This document shows positions 38,946-48,754 of a DNA stretch of 64,000 nt, piece after piece. The DNA is from an uncultured Gemmatimonadales bacterium. Its GTDB lineage: Bacteria > Gemmatimonadota > Gemmatimonadetes > Longimicrobiales > RSA9. The stretch lies in NCBI GenBank assembly GCA_963798085.1, contig CAWCRS010000010.1, positions 115,899 through 179,898 on the forward strand. Reading direction: 5' to 3'. The position numbers were made by a program, and so were the translations under genes. Position 1 is the first letter of the stretch. The number at the start of each line of letters is the position of its first letter. The notes under the pieces are model-generated. The model had not been told where the DNA came from and searched no databases. It saw only the letters and a list, made by a program, of their open reading frames with translations.

Positions 38946-39703
38946 AACGACTGGCTCTGCTGCCACTCGCGTTCGCTGCGTTGCGGCGCCGGCTGCTCGT
39001 GCTGCTCGCCTTCGGTGCGGTGATGCTGGCGGCCGCGTTCGCCGCGCGCGCCCTGACCGGCAGCGGCGAGCACGCCGAGATGGACCGCTTCTTCGAGCTG
39101 GGCGGCGCCACACTGGCGTCCGCCTTCATCGTGTTCGGCTGGCTCATCGGCCGCATCCCGCTCATCGCCACACTCGTGCTGCTGTCCGGCGTCTTCAGCC
39201 AGGACCGCGCCATCGGCCTGACACGACTTTACGGTGCGCGACCCGTGTCGCCCGTGTCCGTGTACGGCACACGCGTAGCCGGACTCGCTCTCGCCGCGTT
39301 CCTGCTCAGTGCGCTGTTGCTGCCGCTCTTCGATCTGATCCTGCTCGGCCACTGGGGCGGCCTGGCGACACTCGTCCTGGCCGCTGCTTACGTGCTGACC
39401 TACAGCGCCCTCACCGCGCTGCTCTCCCTGTTCACACGCGCCGACGCCTGGCTGGCACTGCTGCTCGGCATCCTGGCCACCACGTGGCACGCCCTGCGCA
39501 CCGCCGGCCGCCTGGATGGTGTGCCTCCCGGCGGCCGCGAATTCGTCACCCTCATCCTGCCGCCGCACGGCTCCCTGCTCGCGCTGGAGAACGCCTTCGG
39601 CAACGTACAGCCCATCCCGTGGTCCGCGTTCGGGTACGTGTGCGTCTATGCGGCGGTCCTGCTCATCGCGGGCGGGATCCTGGTCGGCGCCCGCGACCTC
39701 TGA
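38942..39703 (+). CDS. ABC-2-type membrane permease
   Basis: GTG overlaps the ATPase stop; about six hydrophobic helices. Confidence 0.75.
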   Translation: MKRLALLPLAFAALRRRLLVLLAFGAVMLAAAFAARALTGSGEHAEMDRFFELGGATLASAFIVFGWLIGRIPLIATLVLLSGVFSQDRAIGLTRLYGARPVSPVSVYGTRVAGLALAAFLLSALLLPLFDLILLGHWGGLATLVLAAAYVLTYSALTALLSLFTRADAWLALLLGILATTWHALRTAGRLDGVPPGGREFVTLILPPHGSLLALENAFGNVQPIPWSAFGYVCVYAAVLLIAGGILVGARDL

Positions 39704-39800
39704 GGTGGGAGGCAGGCGGAGGGAGGGAATCCCGTGGACGGTGCTGGTGCCGCCCATCCCGGCACGTTGTCTGGCGTGCCTCCGCTCATTGGTGGGTTCC

Positions 39801-40209
39801 TGCAAACGGATTGTCTCACACGGAGGGCACAGACTAACGGATCATTATCACACAGAGGTCGAACGGAGGGCACGGGGGCAGACAGAGGACGGATTGTTGC
39901 GCCCTGGGGTTGGGGGGCGCCCGAGTCAGTGCGGGGTAGGCGACTCTGCAGGCCCCCAACTGACACCTCGCATGAGCCGATCCGTCCTCTGTCTGCCCCC
40001 GTGGCCCCCGTTCACCTCTGTGTGATAATGATCTGTTATGATTCGATGCTCCGGCCAGCTCGGTGCTTCCCGCGCTGTGCATGGGTCAGGCCGTGACGCC
40101 GCGGAAACGCCCTGACCCCGATCGCTCTCTTCATCCCGATGCCCATCCGTCCTCGGATCCCCTGTGGCCTCTGTGTGAGAACAATCCGGCAATCCGTAAT
40201 CTGTTGCAC
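39801..40209. repeat. Nested imperfect inverted-repeat element (REP/MITE-like)
   Basis: Inner arms 39840-39894 and 39980-40033 are near reverse complements; outer arms 39801-39832 and about 40145-40209 share CGGATTGT(T)CTCACAC(A/G)GAGG. Confidence 0.75.
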
Positions 40210-40359
40210 GCGGCTGTCCTGACGTGTGGGAATGCGTGGGCACACGGCGAGTCGGCTGGCGTGGCACGCCAGAGGCCCGCAGAGCCGTGACCCGTCGACC
40301 GGGTCCTCGTTGAACCTCCTCGCCGGAATCGGGCCCCTCGCTCCCTCGGACTCCCGGAC

Positions 40360-41417
40360 TCACGCGCGCAGCGCGTTGAGCAGCGCAGGCGCCACGCCGG
40401 TGATTGCGGACAGGCTGCGGAAGTCGAGATGGCCTCGGCCGACGATCAGGCCGAGGGCTGGATTGAGGGTGTGGCCGGTGGACGCGTCCTCGAGGTTGCC
40501 GTGATCGCTGGCCACGAAGAGGAGCACGTCGTCATCCAGCATTTCTGTCAGGCCGCCGAGGAACTCGTCCACCAGGCGCAGGGCGGCGCTGGCGGCGGGC
40601 AGCGATTTGCGGTGGCCGGCGTAGTCGGTCGAGTAGTGCGCGAACAGTGTGAGGTCGTGATTGCCCGCGATGCGGGCGAGGTTGCGGCCGGCGGTGCGCG
40701 CATCGATGAGGGGCACTTCGCTGTGACCGAGGCCGTCGCGCCAGCCTTCGTTGGTGATCTCGCTGGCAACCGCATCGCCGCGTGCCAGCGCATTGGCGTG
40801 GCGCACCAGAAGTCCGGCTCCGGCGGCGGCCAGCGGCGGCCCGGCGTTGCGGAAGCGCGTCTCCCAGCGCGAGCGCTTCGACGTGCGGCTGGCCGCGACG
40901 CGCGGCGCCCCTGAAGCGGCTTCACCGGCATCGCCATCGCGTGCAGCGTCGGATTCGCTCGGTGCAATGTGCCGTGCACTGTGCGCGCTGCGCTGGCTTC
41001 CGGCGCCCGGGTCGCCGGGGCCGGGCCGCCTTCACCGTCGAACGGATAGGCGTTGGCGAACGCGACGCGCAGGCCGGCGCGTTGCGCGATGGCGAGCAGA
41101 CTTTCCCGTCGCACGAGCGGCTGCAGCGGCGCCGGTACCCAGGGACCGAAGTGTCGCCCGAAATCCCGTACCGCATTATGGCCGGTGAGCAGTGCCGCCT
41201 GGCCGGTGCCGCTCTGCGGTGTACCCTCGACGCCCAGGCGAGCGTCCAGTCCCAGCAGCGTGGCGCGCGCGGCATGGATGGGCGCACGGTCGAGGACGAG
41301 CGGCTGGCCGTCCAGCAGATCCGAGAGGAAACGTGGCGGTGTCGCGACGAACGCGTTCTTCCTCGCATCCGCCTCACCGAGGCCCACCCCATCCAGGAAC
41401 ACCAGCAACGCCCGCAC
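40360..41417 (-). CDS. Alkaline-phosphatase-superfamily metalloenzyme (phosphoglycerate/phosphopentomutase-like; frameshifted)
   Basis: FLDGVGLG, PQSGTGQ, TDYAGH, SDHGNLED, HTLNP; frame change within 40960-41040. Confidence 0.82.
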
Positions 41418-41580
41418 TCTGCTCCCGCCTCGCGACCGCAAACTCTGCTCGTGTAGCAGGTCGCGGAGCGCGCGGACCTGCCGCCAACTGTGACAGGGTC
41501 ACGCGCCGGCGGGACGCTGGCAAGGGCAGGGCGGCGGGAGCGGGAGCTGGCGCGCTGCGCAGTGCGCTGCCTGCGCGCGT

Positions 41581-44284
41581 TCAGTCGATGCGCAGCGCCT
41601 CGCCTGGTGGAATGCGCGTGGCGCGCCAGCCTGGCACCAGACACGCCGTCACACCCACGAGCGCCAGCACCACGGTCACCGCGGTGAACGTCAACGAGTC
41701 CGAGGGCCGGAGGCCGTAGAGCAGCGAGCCCAGCACGCGCGAAACCAGGAGCGCCGCGACCAGGCCGGCGGCCAGGCCCAGCAGCAGCACGCCCATGCCT
41801 TCGCGCAGCACCAGGCGCAGGATGCCGGGGCGGCCGGCGCCCAGCGCCAGACGCACGCCGAACTCATGGGTGCGCCGTAACACACTGTTGGCGACGACAC
41901 CGTAGATGCCCATGGTGGCCAGTACCAGTGCGCCCAGCGCGAAACCCAGCAGCAGCACCAGGCTGAGCCGGTGCTGGCCCAGCGAGGTGCGCACCACGTC
42001 CGTCATGGGATGCGCATCGGCCAGTGGAATGCCCGCGTCGAGTTCGCGCAGCGCAGCCCTGGCATCCGCCAGCAGCGCACGCGGATCGCCCTGCGTGCGC
42101 AAGGCGAACGTCATGGCCGGCATGGGCTGCTGGCCCAGCGGCATGTATACCTGGCCCAGATCGTCGGCAAACACGTTGTAGAAGCGGGCCTGGCGCACCA
42201 CGCCCACGACGGTCAGGGTGTCGCGATTCAGCACCATGCGCTGACCGGCGGCGGGCGAGGCCGGATAGAAGCGGCGCGCCAGTGTTTCATCGATGACGGC
42301 CACGGGCGGGCTGCCCGCCACATCGCGTGCCTCGATGAAGCGACCCTCGACCAGTCGCATGCCCATCGCCTTCTGATAATCTTCTGTTACCGAGAAATAG
42401 TCGATCAGCGGATAATCCGCATCGCGGTCGCCGGTATTGCCGGGCGCAGCCGGGAAGCTCACCGCCGTCTGGTTCGTGGTGGAGGCGAGCGGCAGCGCAT
42501 TGATGGCGCCCGCCTGCTGCACGCCGGGCAGGGTGGCGAGCCGCGCGCGCAGTCGCTCGTCGAAGGCGACCGCGCTGGCGCCATCCGGATAGTGGTCGGG
42601 CTCGAGCGGAACGCGGAACGTCAGCACGCCACTCGCCTGGAACCCGGGATCCACGTGCAGCAGTGTCACCAGGCTGCGGCCCAGCAGGGCGGCGCCCACC
42701 AGCAGCACCAGCGACAGCGCCACCTGCACCACGACGAGCAAGGCCCGCGTGCGCACCGCCGCGGCCGTGCCGCCCGTGCGCGCGCCCGTCTCGCGCAGGA
42801 CGGACCACACCGGCCGGCCCGCCACGCGCCACGCCGGCGCCAGGGCCGCGACCACGCCCATGAGCAAACACGCTGTCAGTGTGATGGCGATGACGCCACC
42901 GTCGACATCGATGGCCTCGATGCGCGGCAATGAAGTCGGCGCCAGCGCCAGCAGCGAACGCACGGCCCAGGGCGAGGCCGCGAGACCGAGGAGGCTGCCC
43001 GCGCCGCACACAATGACGCCCTCCGCAACCAGATCGAGCACCGACGTGAAGCGGCCGGCGCCCAATGCGCCGCGCACGGCAACATCGCGCGCACGGTCCG
43101 CCGCCCGCCCGACCAGCAGTGTGGCCAGGTTCGCGGCCAGCGCCAGCAGCAGGAACAGGCCGGCGCCGAAAAGCGCGCCCAGAGCGGGCCGCACGCCGTG
43201 CACCAGGTCCTCGCGCAGCTGAATACTCCACAGACGCAATCCCCGGTGCGCGAAAAACTCCGCGTCCAGCTGCTGCGCCACGGCATCGATGACCGCTTCG
43301 ACGCGACCCTCCGCGCCCGGCCGGATCCTTGCCATGGCGGCGAACATGCCGGCTCTGGGCGAGCGCGTCGCCAGGTCCGTCTGCAGCGTGGCGTAAAGAT
43401 CGGCGGGCTGCGGGTCGCCCTGACTGGCGTGCATCTCGAAGCGGAACCCGCGCGGCATGACGCCGATCACGCGCTGCGGCTCGCCGCTCAGCAGCACATC
43501 CCGGCCGACAATGCCCGGGTCGCCGCCGAACCGGCGCTGCCACAACGCGTAGCTGAGTACCACGACGGGCGCGGCAGTCGTGTCCGACTCGCCCGCCGCG
43601 AAGCCCCGGCCGAGGAGCGGCCGCACGCCCAGCACGGAGAAGAAGTTGTCGGTCGCCATGATGAGCGAGATCTGCTCGGGCGCGCCGCCACGCGTGTCGT
43701 TCAGATTGCTCTCGCCGGAGCGGAAGGCGACGATGCCATCGAACACTTCGCTGTGCTCACGCAGCCGCGCGATATCCGGCCCCCCCAGCCAGCCTCGCCC
43801 GAAATGGAACCACGTGTAATTGCGCCAGATCCACACCAGGCGGCCCGGATCGCGGTAGGGCAGCGGCTCCAGCAGTACGCCGCGCACCACGCTCAGCACG
43901 GAGGCAAAGGCGAGTGCGCCGAAACCCACCGACAGCACCGTGACCAGTGCGAACGTCGGCGTGCGCAGCAGACGGCGTGCCACCATGGCGGAAGGCGCGA
44001 CCCAGCCGGGCCAGCAGCGCCGCCGTCCGCCGGCGTACACTAACATGCTGTTTGGAGCGCCCGCCGGCACGCTCCAGCAGCCCGCTGCCCAGCGCCTCGA
44101 GCAGCGCAATGGGCAGCGCGAGCCACCGCAGCAGCCCGCGGCGTTCCCGGTGCAGGGCACGCCGGCGGTCGCGAAACGCCTCCACCATCTCCTCACCGAA
44201 GCGCTCGCGAAAAGCCGGAGGCCAGGCGCGCAGCACCGCGCGGAACAGGCGCTCCGCCAGCCCGCGTTGTTCGCGCGCGCTCAT
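41581..44284 (-). CDS. ADOP-type duplicated MacB/FtsX permease (frameshift near 43980)
   Basis: N-terminus PPAFRERFGEEM in ORF 43757-44284 joins ARRLLRTPTFA...LLEPLPYRDPGRLV...EFGVRLALGA. Confidence 0.88.
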
Positions 44285-44658
44285 CGCCCGCCGCCGGCCG
44301 TGCCCAGCACGCCGCTGTCGCGCGCCGCGCGCACCAGTGCGTCCAGCCGCTCCGCTTCCGCGCGGATCACACGCTGGCCCAGCGCGGTGATGCCGTAGTA
44401 GTTGCGCCGCTCATCGTCGTCCTCCGCGAGCGGCCGCCGCTCCGTGCCCGCGATCAGTTCCGCCTCCACCAGCCGCCGCAGCGCGCGGTACAGCGTGCCA
44501 ATGCCCCAGCGCACCGCATCGCCCGTGCGGTCCGCGGCATCGCGCAGGATGCCGTACCCGTGGCGCTCGCCACCGGCCAGGCTCAGCAGGATCTGGAACT
44601 CGATGGGCCGGAGCGGCAGGAACCGCTCGATGTCTTGCGCACTCGCCTGATGCTTCAT
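44281..44658 (-). CDS. PadR-family transcriptional regulator
   Basis: FQILLSLAGGERHGYGI...GTLYRALRRL...RRNYYGITALG. Confidence 0.92.
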   Translation of the reverse strand: MKHQASAQDIERFLPLRPIEFQILLSLAGGERHGYGILRDAADRTGDAVRWGIGTLYRALRRLVEAELIAGTERRPLAEDDDERRNYYGITALGQRVIRAEAERLDALVRAARDSGVLGTAGGGR

Positions 44659-44794
44659 TGGCCTCTCCCTGCTCGGAGCCCGCAGCCACAGGCGAGCGGG
44701 CCAGGCTGGCCCTCGGCCGGCTGCCGGCTTGCACCGGCCTGTCGTGTGGCCGCTTCAATCCGAATTGTCGCGCGGCGCATGCATCCGCGGCGCA

Positions 44795-44813
44795 TATATG
44801 CGTCACACATATA
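44795..44813. promoter_or_regulatory. Candidate operator (inverted repeat) upstream of padR
   Basis: TATATG-N7-CATATA in an AT-rich patch of the divergent intergenic region. Confidence 0.4.
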
Positions 44814-44931
44814 ATACGGCTCCCGTTCCGTCAAGAGCCAGGGGGCAGCCGGACAGCGGCAGCCGGGCCGCGACACACCTCTCGACGCCCCGCCTGCCGG
44901 CCACGCCGCTCTTGACCGGCGCCCCGGCGGG

Positions 44932-44966
44932 TGCCAAATATCTGACAGGCTGCCAAAAATTTGACA
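44932..44966. promoter_or_regulatory. Tandem candidate operators upstream of blaI-like gene
   Basis: TGCCA-N6-TGACA twice (44932-44947, 44951-44966), each an imperfect palindrome. Confidence 0.5.
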
Positions 44967-44982
44967 TTCAATCCCGATACCC

Positions 44983-45375
44983 GTGACGCTGGAACGAAGC
45001 CGGACCGAATTGAGTCGCCGCGAGCGGCAGATCATGGACGTGATCTACCGGCGAGGCCGGGCGACCGTGGCGGAAGTACGCGAAGAGCTGGCCGACCCGC
45101 CCAGCTATTCCGCCGTGCGGACGCTGCTGGGCCTGCTCGAGCAGAAGCGGCACCTGCGCCACGAGCAGGATGGGCCGCGCTATGTGTACCTGCCCACCGT
45201 GGACCGGGAGAAGGCGCAGCGCTCGGCGCTGCGGCACCTGGTGCGCACGTTCTTCGACGGTTCGACCGAGCGTGCCATGGCGGCGCTGCTGGACCTGAAT
45301 GACGCGCAGCTGAGCGGTCCGGCGCTGGAGCGGCTGGAGCAGATGCTGGCGCTGGCCCGCGAACAGGGCCGTTAG
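44983..45375 (+). CDS. BlaI/MecI/CopY-family repressor
   Basis: LSRRERQIMDVIY...YSAVRTLL...RYVY...LVRTFFDGS. Confidence 0.92.
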   Translation: MTLERSRTELSRRERQIMDVIYRRGRATVAEVREELADPPSYSAVRTLLGLLEQKRHLRHEQDGPRYVYLPTVDREKAQRSALRHLVRTFFDGSTERAMAALLDLNDAQLSGPALERLEQMLALAREQGR

Positions 45376-45381
45376 CAGAGC

Positions 45382-46626
45382 ATGGCGGCGACGCTGAGCA
45401 CCTGGCTGGCCGGCGCAACGCACGCGGCCGCGTGGTCGGCACTGCTGCTGGAGGCCACGGTCAAGGGCACGCTGCTTCTCGTCCTCGCCTTGCTCGCCAT
45501 GCGTCCTCTGCAGCGCGCCAGTGCGGCGGTGCGTCACTGGATCTGGACGCTGGCCGCCGCGGCCGTGGTGGCGCTGCCGCTGCTCAGCGTGCTGCTGCCC
45601 GTCTGGCGCGTTCCGCTGTTCCCCGACAGCAGTCTCTGGTCGTATGCGGTGGCCAAGGTGGGACGCACGGATGCAGGCGACGATGTGAGGCCCGCTCCTG
45701 CGCCCGTTTCCCGCTCTGCGCCCGCGTCCGACGCCGGCCGGCCCGATGCCATCATGCCGGGGTCGCCGGTGGGACCACGCGCGCAACCGGCGACGGCACT
45801 TCCGACGGCACTTCCGCCGCACGCTCCGTGGCGCGCGCTGCTGGTGCTGCTCTGGGCCGCAGGCGCGCTGCTGTCGAGCGCATGGCTGGCGCTGGGCAAT
45901 GCACGGGCGCGGCGCCTGGTGCGTGAGGCGACACCCCTGCGCAGCGGTCGTCTGCCTCCGCTGGTGCAGCGGCTGCGCCGGCGCATCGGCCTGAACGCGC
46001 CGGTCACACTGCTGCGCAGCAAACACGCGATTACACCGCTCACGCTGGGCGTGCTGCAACCGGTACTGCTGGTACCGCCGGAGGCGGAAGGCTGGTCGCG
46101 TGGCCGCCTGCGCGTCGTGCTGCTGCACGAGCTGGCCCACGTCAAGCGCTACGACTGCCTGGCCCAGCGCGCGGCCGATCTGGCGTGCGCGCTCTACTGG
46201 TTCCACCCCGCGGTGTGGTACTCCGCACGCCGCCTGCGCAGCGAGCGGGAACGGGCCTGCGATGACTGCGTGCTGCGCACGGGTGTGCGACCCTCCGATT
46301 ACGCCGGTCACCTGCTCGCGCTGGCGCGCACGTTCCGGGCGCGGGTGCCGCGACCTGCCGTCGCCATGGCGCAGCGCTCACGACTCGAGGAGCGCGTGCA
46401 GGCGATCCTCGACCCGCAGGTGCGGCACGATCCCCCGTCACGACTCGGCTTCGTGGCCGCCACCCTGCTCATTGCACTGCTGGTGCTGCCCCTGGCGGCA
46501 CTGGATCCGGCACCCGGCCTGCAGGCTTCCTCGCGGCTCAGCGTGCAGCCCCCGGTGCAGGTCGGTCCGTCCACAGTGCCGCCCACACCCCTCGATCGCG
46601 GACCCCCGCTCTCGATGATGCACTGA
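45382..46626 (+). CDS. M56-family (BlaR1-like) membrane metallopeptidase
   Basis: SAAVRHWIW, VLLHELAHVKRYD, YWFHP, ERERACDD; short C-terminus. Confidence 0.9.
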   Translation: MAATLSTWLAGATHAAAWSALLLEATVKGTLLLVLALLAMRPLQRASAAVRHWIWTLAAAAVVALPLLSVLLPVWRVPLFPDSSLWSYAVAKVGRTDAGDDVRPAPAPVSRSAPASDAGRPDAIMPGSPVGPRAQPATALPTALPPHAPWRALLVLLWAAGALLSSAWLALGNARARRLVREATPLRSGRLPPLVQRLRRRIGLNAPVTLLRSKHAITPLTLGVLQPVLLVPPEAEGWSRGRLRVVLLHELAHVKRYDCLAQRAADLACALYWFHPAVWYSARRLRSERERACDDCVLRTGVRPSDYAGHLLALARTFRARVPRPAVAMAQRSRLEERVQAILDPQVRHDPPSRLGFVAATLLIALLVLPLAALDPAPGLQASSRLSVQPPVQVGPSTVPPTPLDRGPPLSMMH

Positions 46627-46705
46627 CCTTTTGACTCTGCTGACATTCGTGTCAGCAGGTGTCCGGCTGTGTCCCTGTGTGCCAATTTTTTGGCAGGAGG
46701 AGACG

Positions 46706-48199
46706 GTGAGTCTGTTCACGAAGAAGAGCTTTGCGACATTGCGCGCCGATGCGGAGGGCAGCGACCTGCGGCGCGCGCTCGGACCGGTCGAGCTCACGAC
46801 GCTGGGCATTGGTGCCGTGATCGGCGCAGGCATTTTCGTGATCACGGGAAACGCCGCCGCACAGTTTGCCGGGCCGGGCATCGTGCTTTCGTTCCTGGTG
46901 GTGGGCGTGGCATGCGCGTTCGCGGGACTGTGTTATGCGGAGTTTGCCAGCATGATCCCGGTAGCGGGCAGTGCTTACACGTACGCGTACGCAACCCTGG
47001 GCGAGCTCTTCGCGTGGATCATCGGCTGGGATCTGATTCTGGAGTATGCGCTGTCGGCGGCGACGGTGGCCGCGGGCTGGTCGGGCACCGTGAGCAGTCT
47101 GCTGCACGGCTTCGGCATTGATCTGCCGGCGCGCTTCGCGGCTGCGCGCGGCACGGCCGTGACGCTGGCCAATGGCACGACCGTGCAGGCGGTCTTCGAT
47201 GTGCCCGCCGCGCTCATCGTGCTGGCCGCGTCGGCGCTGCTGATCGTGGGCATCCGCGAGTCGGCAGGAGCTAACACGGTGATCGTGATGATCAAGGTGG
47301 CGGTGATCCTGCTGTTCATCGGCTTCGGCGCCGCTTTCGTGAAGCCGGGCAACTGGCACCCCTTCGTGCCGCCCAACGCCGGCGAATTCGGCCACTTCGG
47401 CTGGAGCGGCGTGCTGCGCGGTGCGGGCGTGATCTTTTTCGCGTACATCGGCTTCGATGCGGTTTCCACCGCGGCGCAGGAAGCGAAGAATCCGAAGCGC
47501 GATCTGCCCATTGGCATCCTCGCTTCGCTGGCCATCTGCACGGTGCTGTACATCGCCGTATCGCTGGTGCTGACCGGCATTGTGCCCTACCCGCAGCTGA
47601 CGGGACCCACGCCGATCGCTGTGGGCATCGATGCCACCGGGCTGACGTGGCTGAGCCCGATCATCAAGGCGGGTGCGCTGCTCGGACTGACCAGCGTAAT
47701 CCTGGTGACGCTGCTCGGGCAGTCGCGTGTGTTCTACTCGATGAGCCACGACGGACTGCTGCCCGACGTGTTTCAGCGCACGCACCCACGCTTCCGCACG
47801 CCGCACATCGCCACCATGCTCACGGGTGCTGTCGTGGCGGTGGCTGCGGGCATCTTTCCGCTGAGTGTGCTCAGCGTTCTGGTGAGCATGGGAACGCTGC
47901 TGGCGTTCGCCATTGTGTGCATCAGTGTGCTGGTGCTGCGGCGCACATCACCGGAGCTGGAGCGCCCGTTCCGCACTCCGCTCGTGCCGTGGGTGCCGCT
48001 GCTGGGGGCGGGCTCGTGCTTCTTCTTCATGACGGGGCTGCCGCGTGCCACGTGGGAGCGGCTCGTGATCTGGCTGGCCATCGGCCTCGCGATCTACTTC
48101 TTCTTCGGCCGGGCCGGCGCGGCCGCGGCGCGTGCGCGGAATGCCGCGCTGCGGGCGGGCAGTGCGCGCGGTGCGGAGAGCGGCGCACCATCGCATTGA
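46706..48199 (+). CDS. APC-family amino acid permease
   Basis: GTG 46706 with AGGAGG; GAVIGAGIF, AEFASMIPVAGSAY, FAYIGFDAV. Confidence 0.93.
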   Translation: MSLFTKKSFATLRADAEGSDLRRALGPVELTTLGIGAVIGAGIFVITGNAAAQFAGPGIVLSFLVVGVACAFAGLCYAEFASMIPVAGSAYTYAYATLGELFAWIIGWDLILEYALSAATVAAGWSGTVSSLLHGFGIDLPARFAAARGTAVTLANGTTVQAVFDVPAALIVLAASALLIVGIRESAGANTVIVMIKVAVILLFIGFGAAFVKPGNWHPFVPPNAGEFGHFGWSGVLRGAGVIFFAYIGFDAVSTAAQEAKNPKRDLPIGILASLAICTVLYIAVSLVLTGIVPYPQLTGPTPIAVGIDATGLTWLSPIIKAGALLGLTSVILVTLLGQSRVFYSMSHDGLLPDVFQRTHPRFRTPHIATMLTGAVVAVAAGIFPLSVLSVLVSMGTLLAFAIVCISVLVLRRTSPELERPFRTPLVPWVPLLGAGSCFFFMTGLPRATWERLVIWLAIGLAIYFFFGRAGAAAARARNAALRAGSARGAESGAPSH

Positions 48200-48239
48200 G
48201 CGACCGCAGACGATGGCCACGCTCGAGACCCTGAGCGGT

Positions 48240-48399
48240 GCGGCTGCCGCTGACCGCCACGCGCCGGTATCCGGGGAAGACCTGGTTCGAGCTGGAGCAC
48301 GTGGGTGAGCCGAGCCGCTGGAACACGCTGCGCGCGCTGCGCGTGCTGCAGTGGTGGGATCGCAGCGGCGAGGGCCAGCGCCGGGTGCAGCCGCGATAA
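48240..48399 (+). pseudogene. 3' remnant of a conserved (prenyltransferase/cyclase-repeat-like) hypothetical gene
   Basis: Reads [31 protein letters not shown]...* with no room for an N-terminal part; family assignment from memory only. Confidence 0.5.
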
Positions 48400-48406
48400 C
48401 AGCCTG

Positions 48407-48703
48407 TCAGTCGCCGCCGGACAGCAGGCGGCGCGCCGCCGTCACGCTGATGCCGCTGACATCGATCGCCTTGAGGCGGCCGCGCTCACCCGACGCGATG
48501 CGGAGCGCCGAGCGCGCCACGTCCAGCCGCTTCGCCAGGAAGCGCAGCAGCGCGTCGTTCGCCTCCCCTTCCACCGGCGGCGCCGCCAGCCGGATCTTCA
48601 GCGCGCCCGCAAGCACACCGGCGACTTCCGTGCGTGACGCACGCGGCTGCACCCGCACCCGCATGCGCACGCCATCCCCCGTTACCTCCACCCAATCAGC
48701 CAT
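48407..48703 (-). CDS. DUF167/YggU-family protein
   Basis: VRVQPRASR...[15 protein letters not shown]...SGERGRLK. Confidence 0.92.
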   Translation of the reverse strand: MADWVEVTGDGVRMRVRVQPRASRTEVAGVLAGALKIRLAAPPVEGEANDALLRFLAKRLDVARSALRIASGERGRLKAIDVSGISVTAARRLLSGGD

Positions 48704-48754
48704 GAGTTCCCGGGCAACCAGCCCCAGCAACGAGCAACCAGCAACGCCGTCAAG

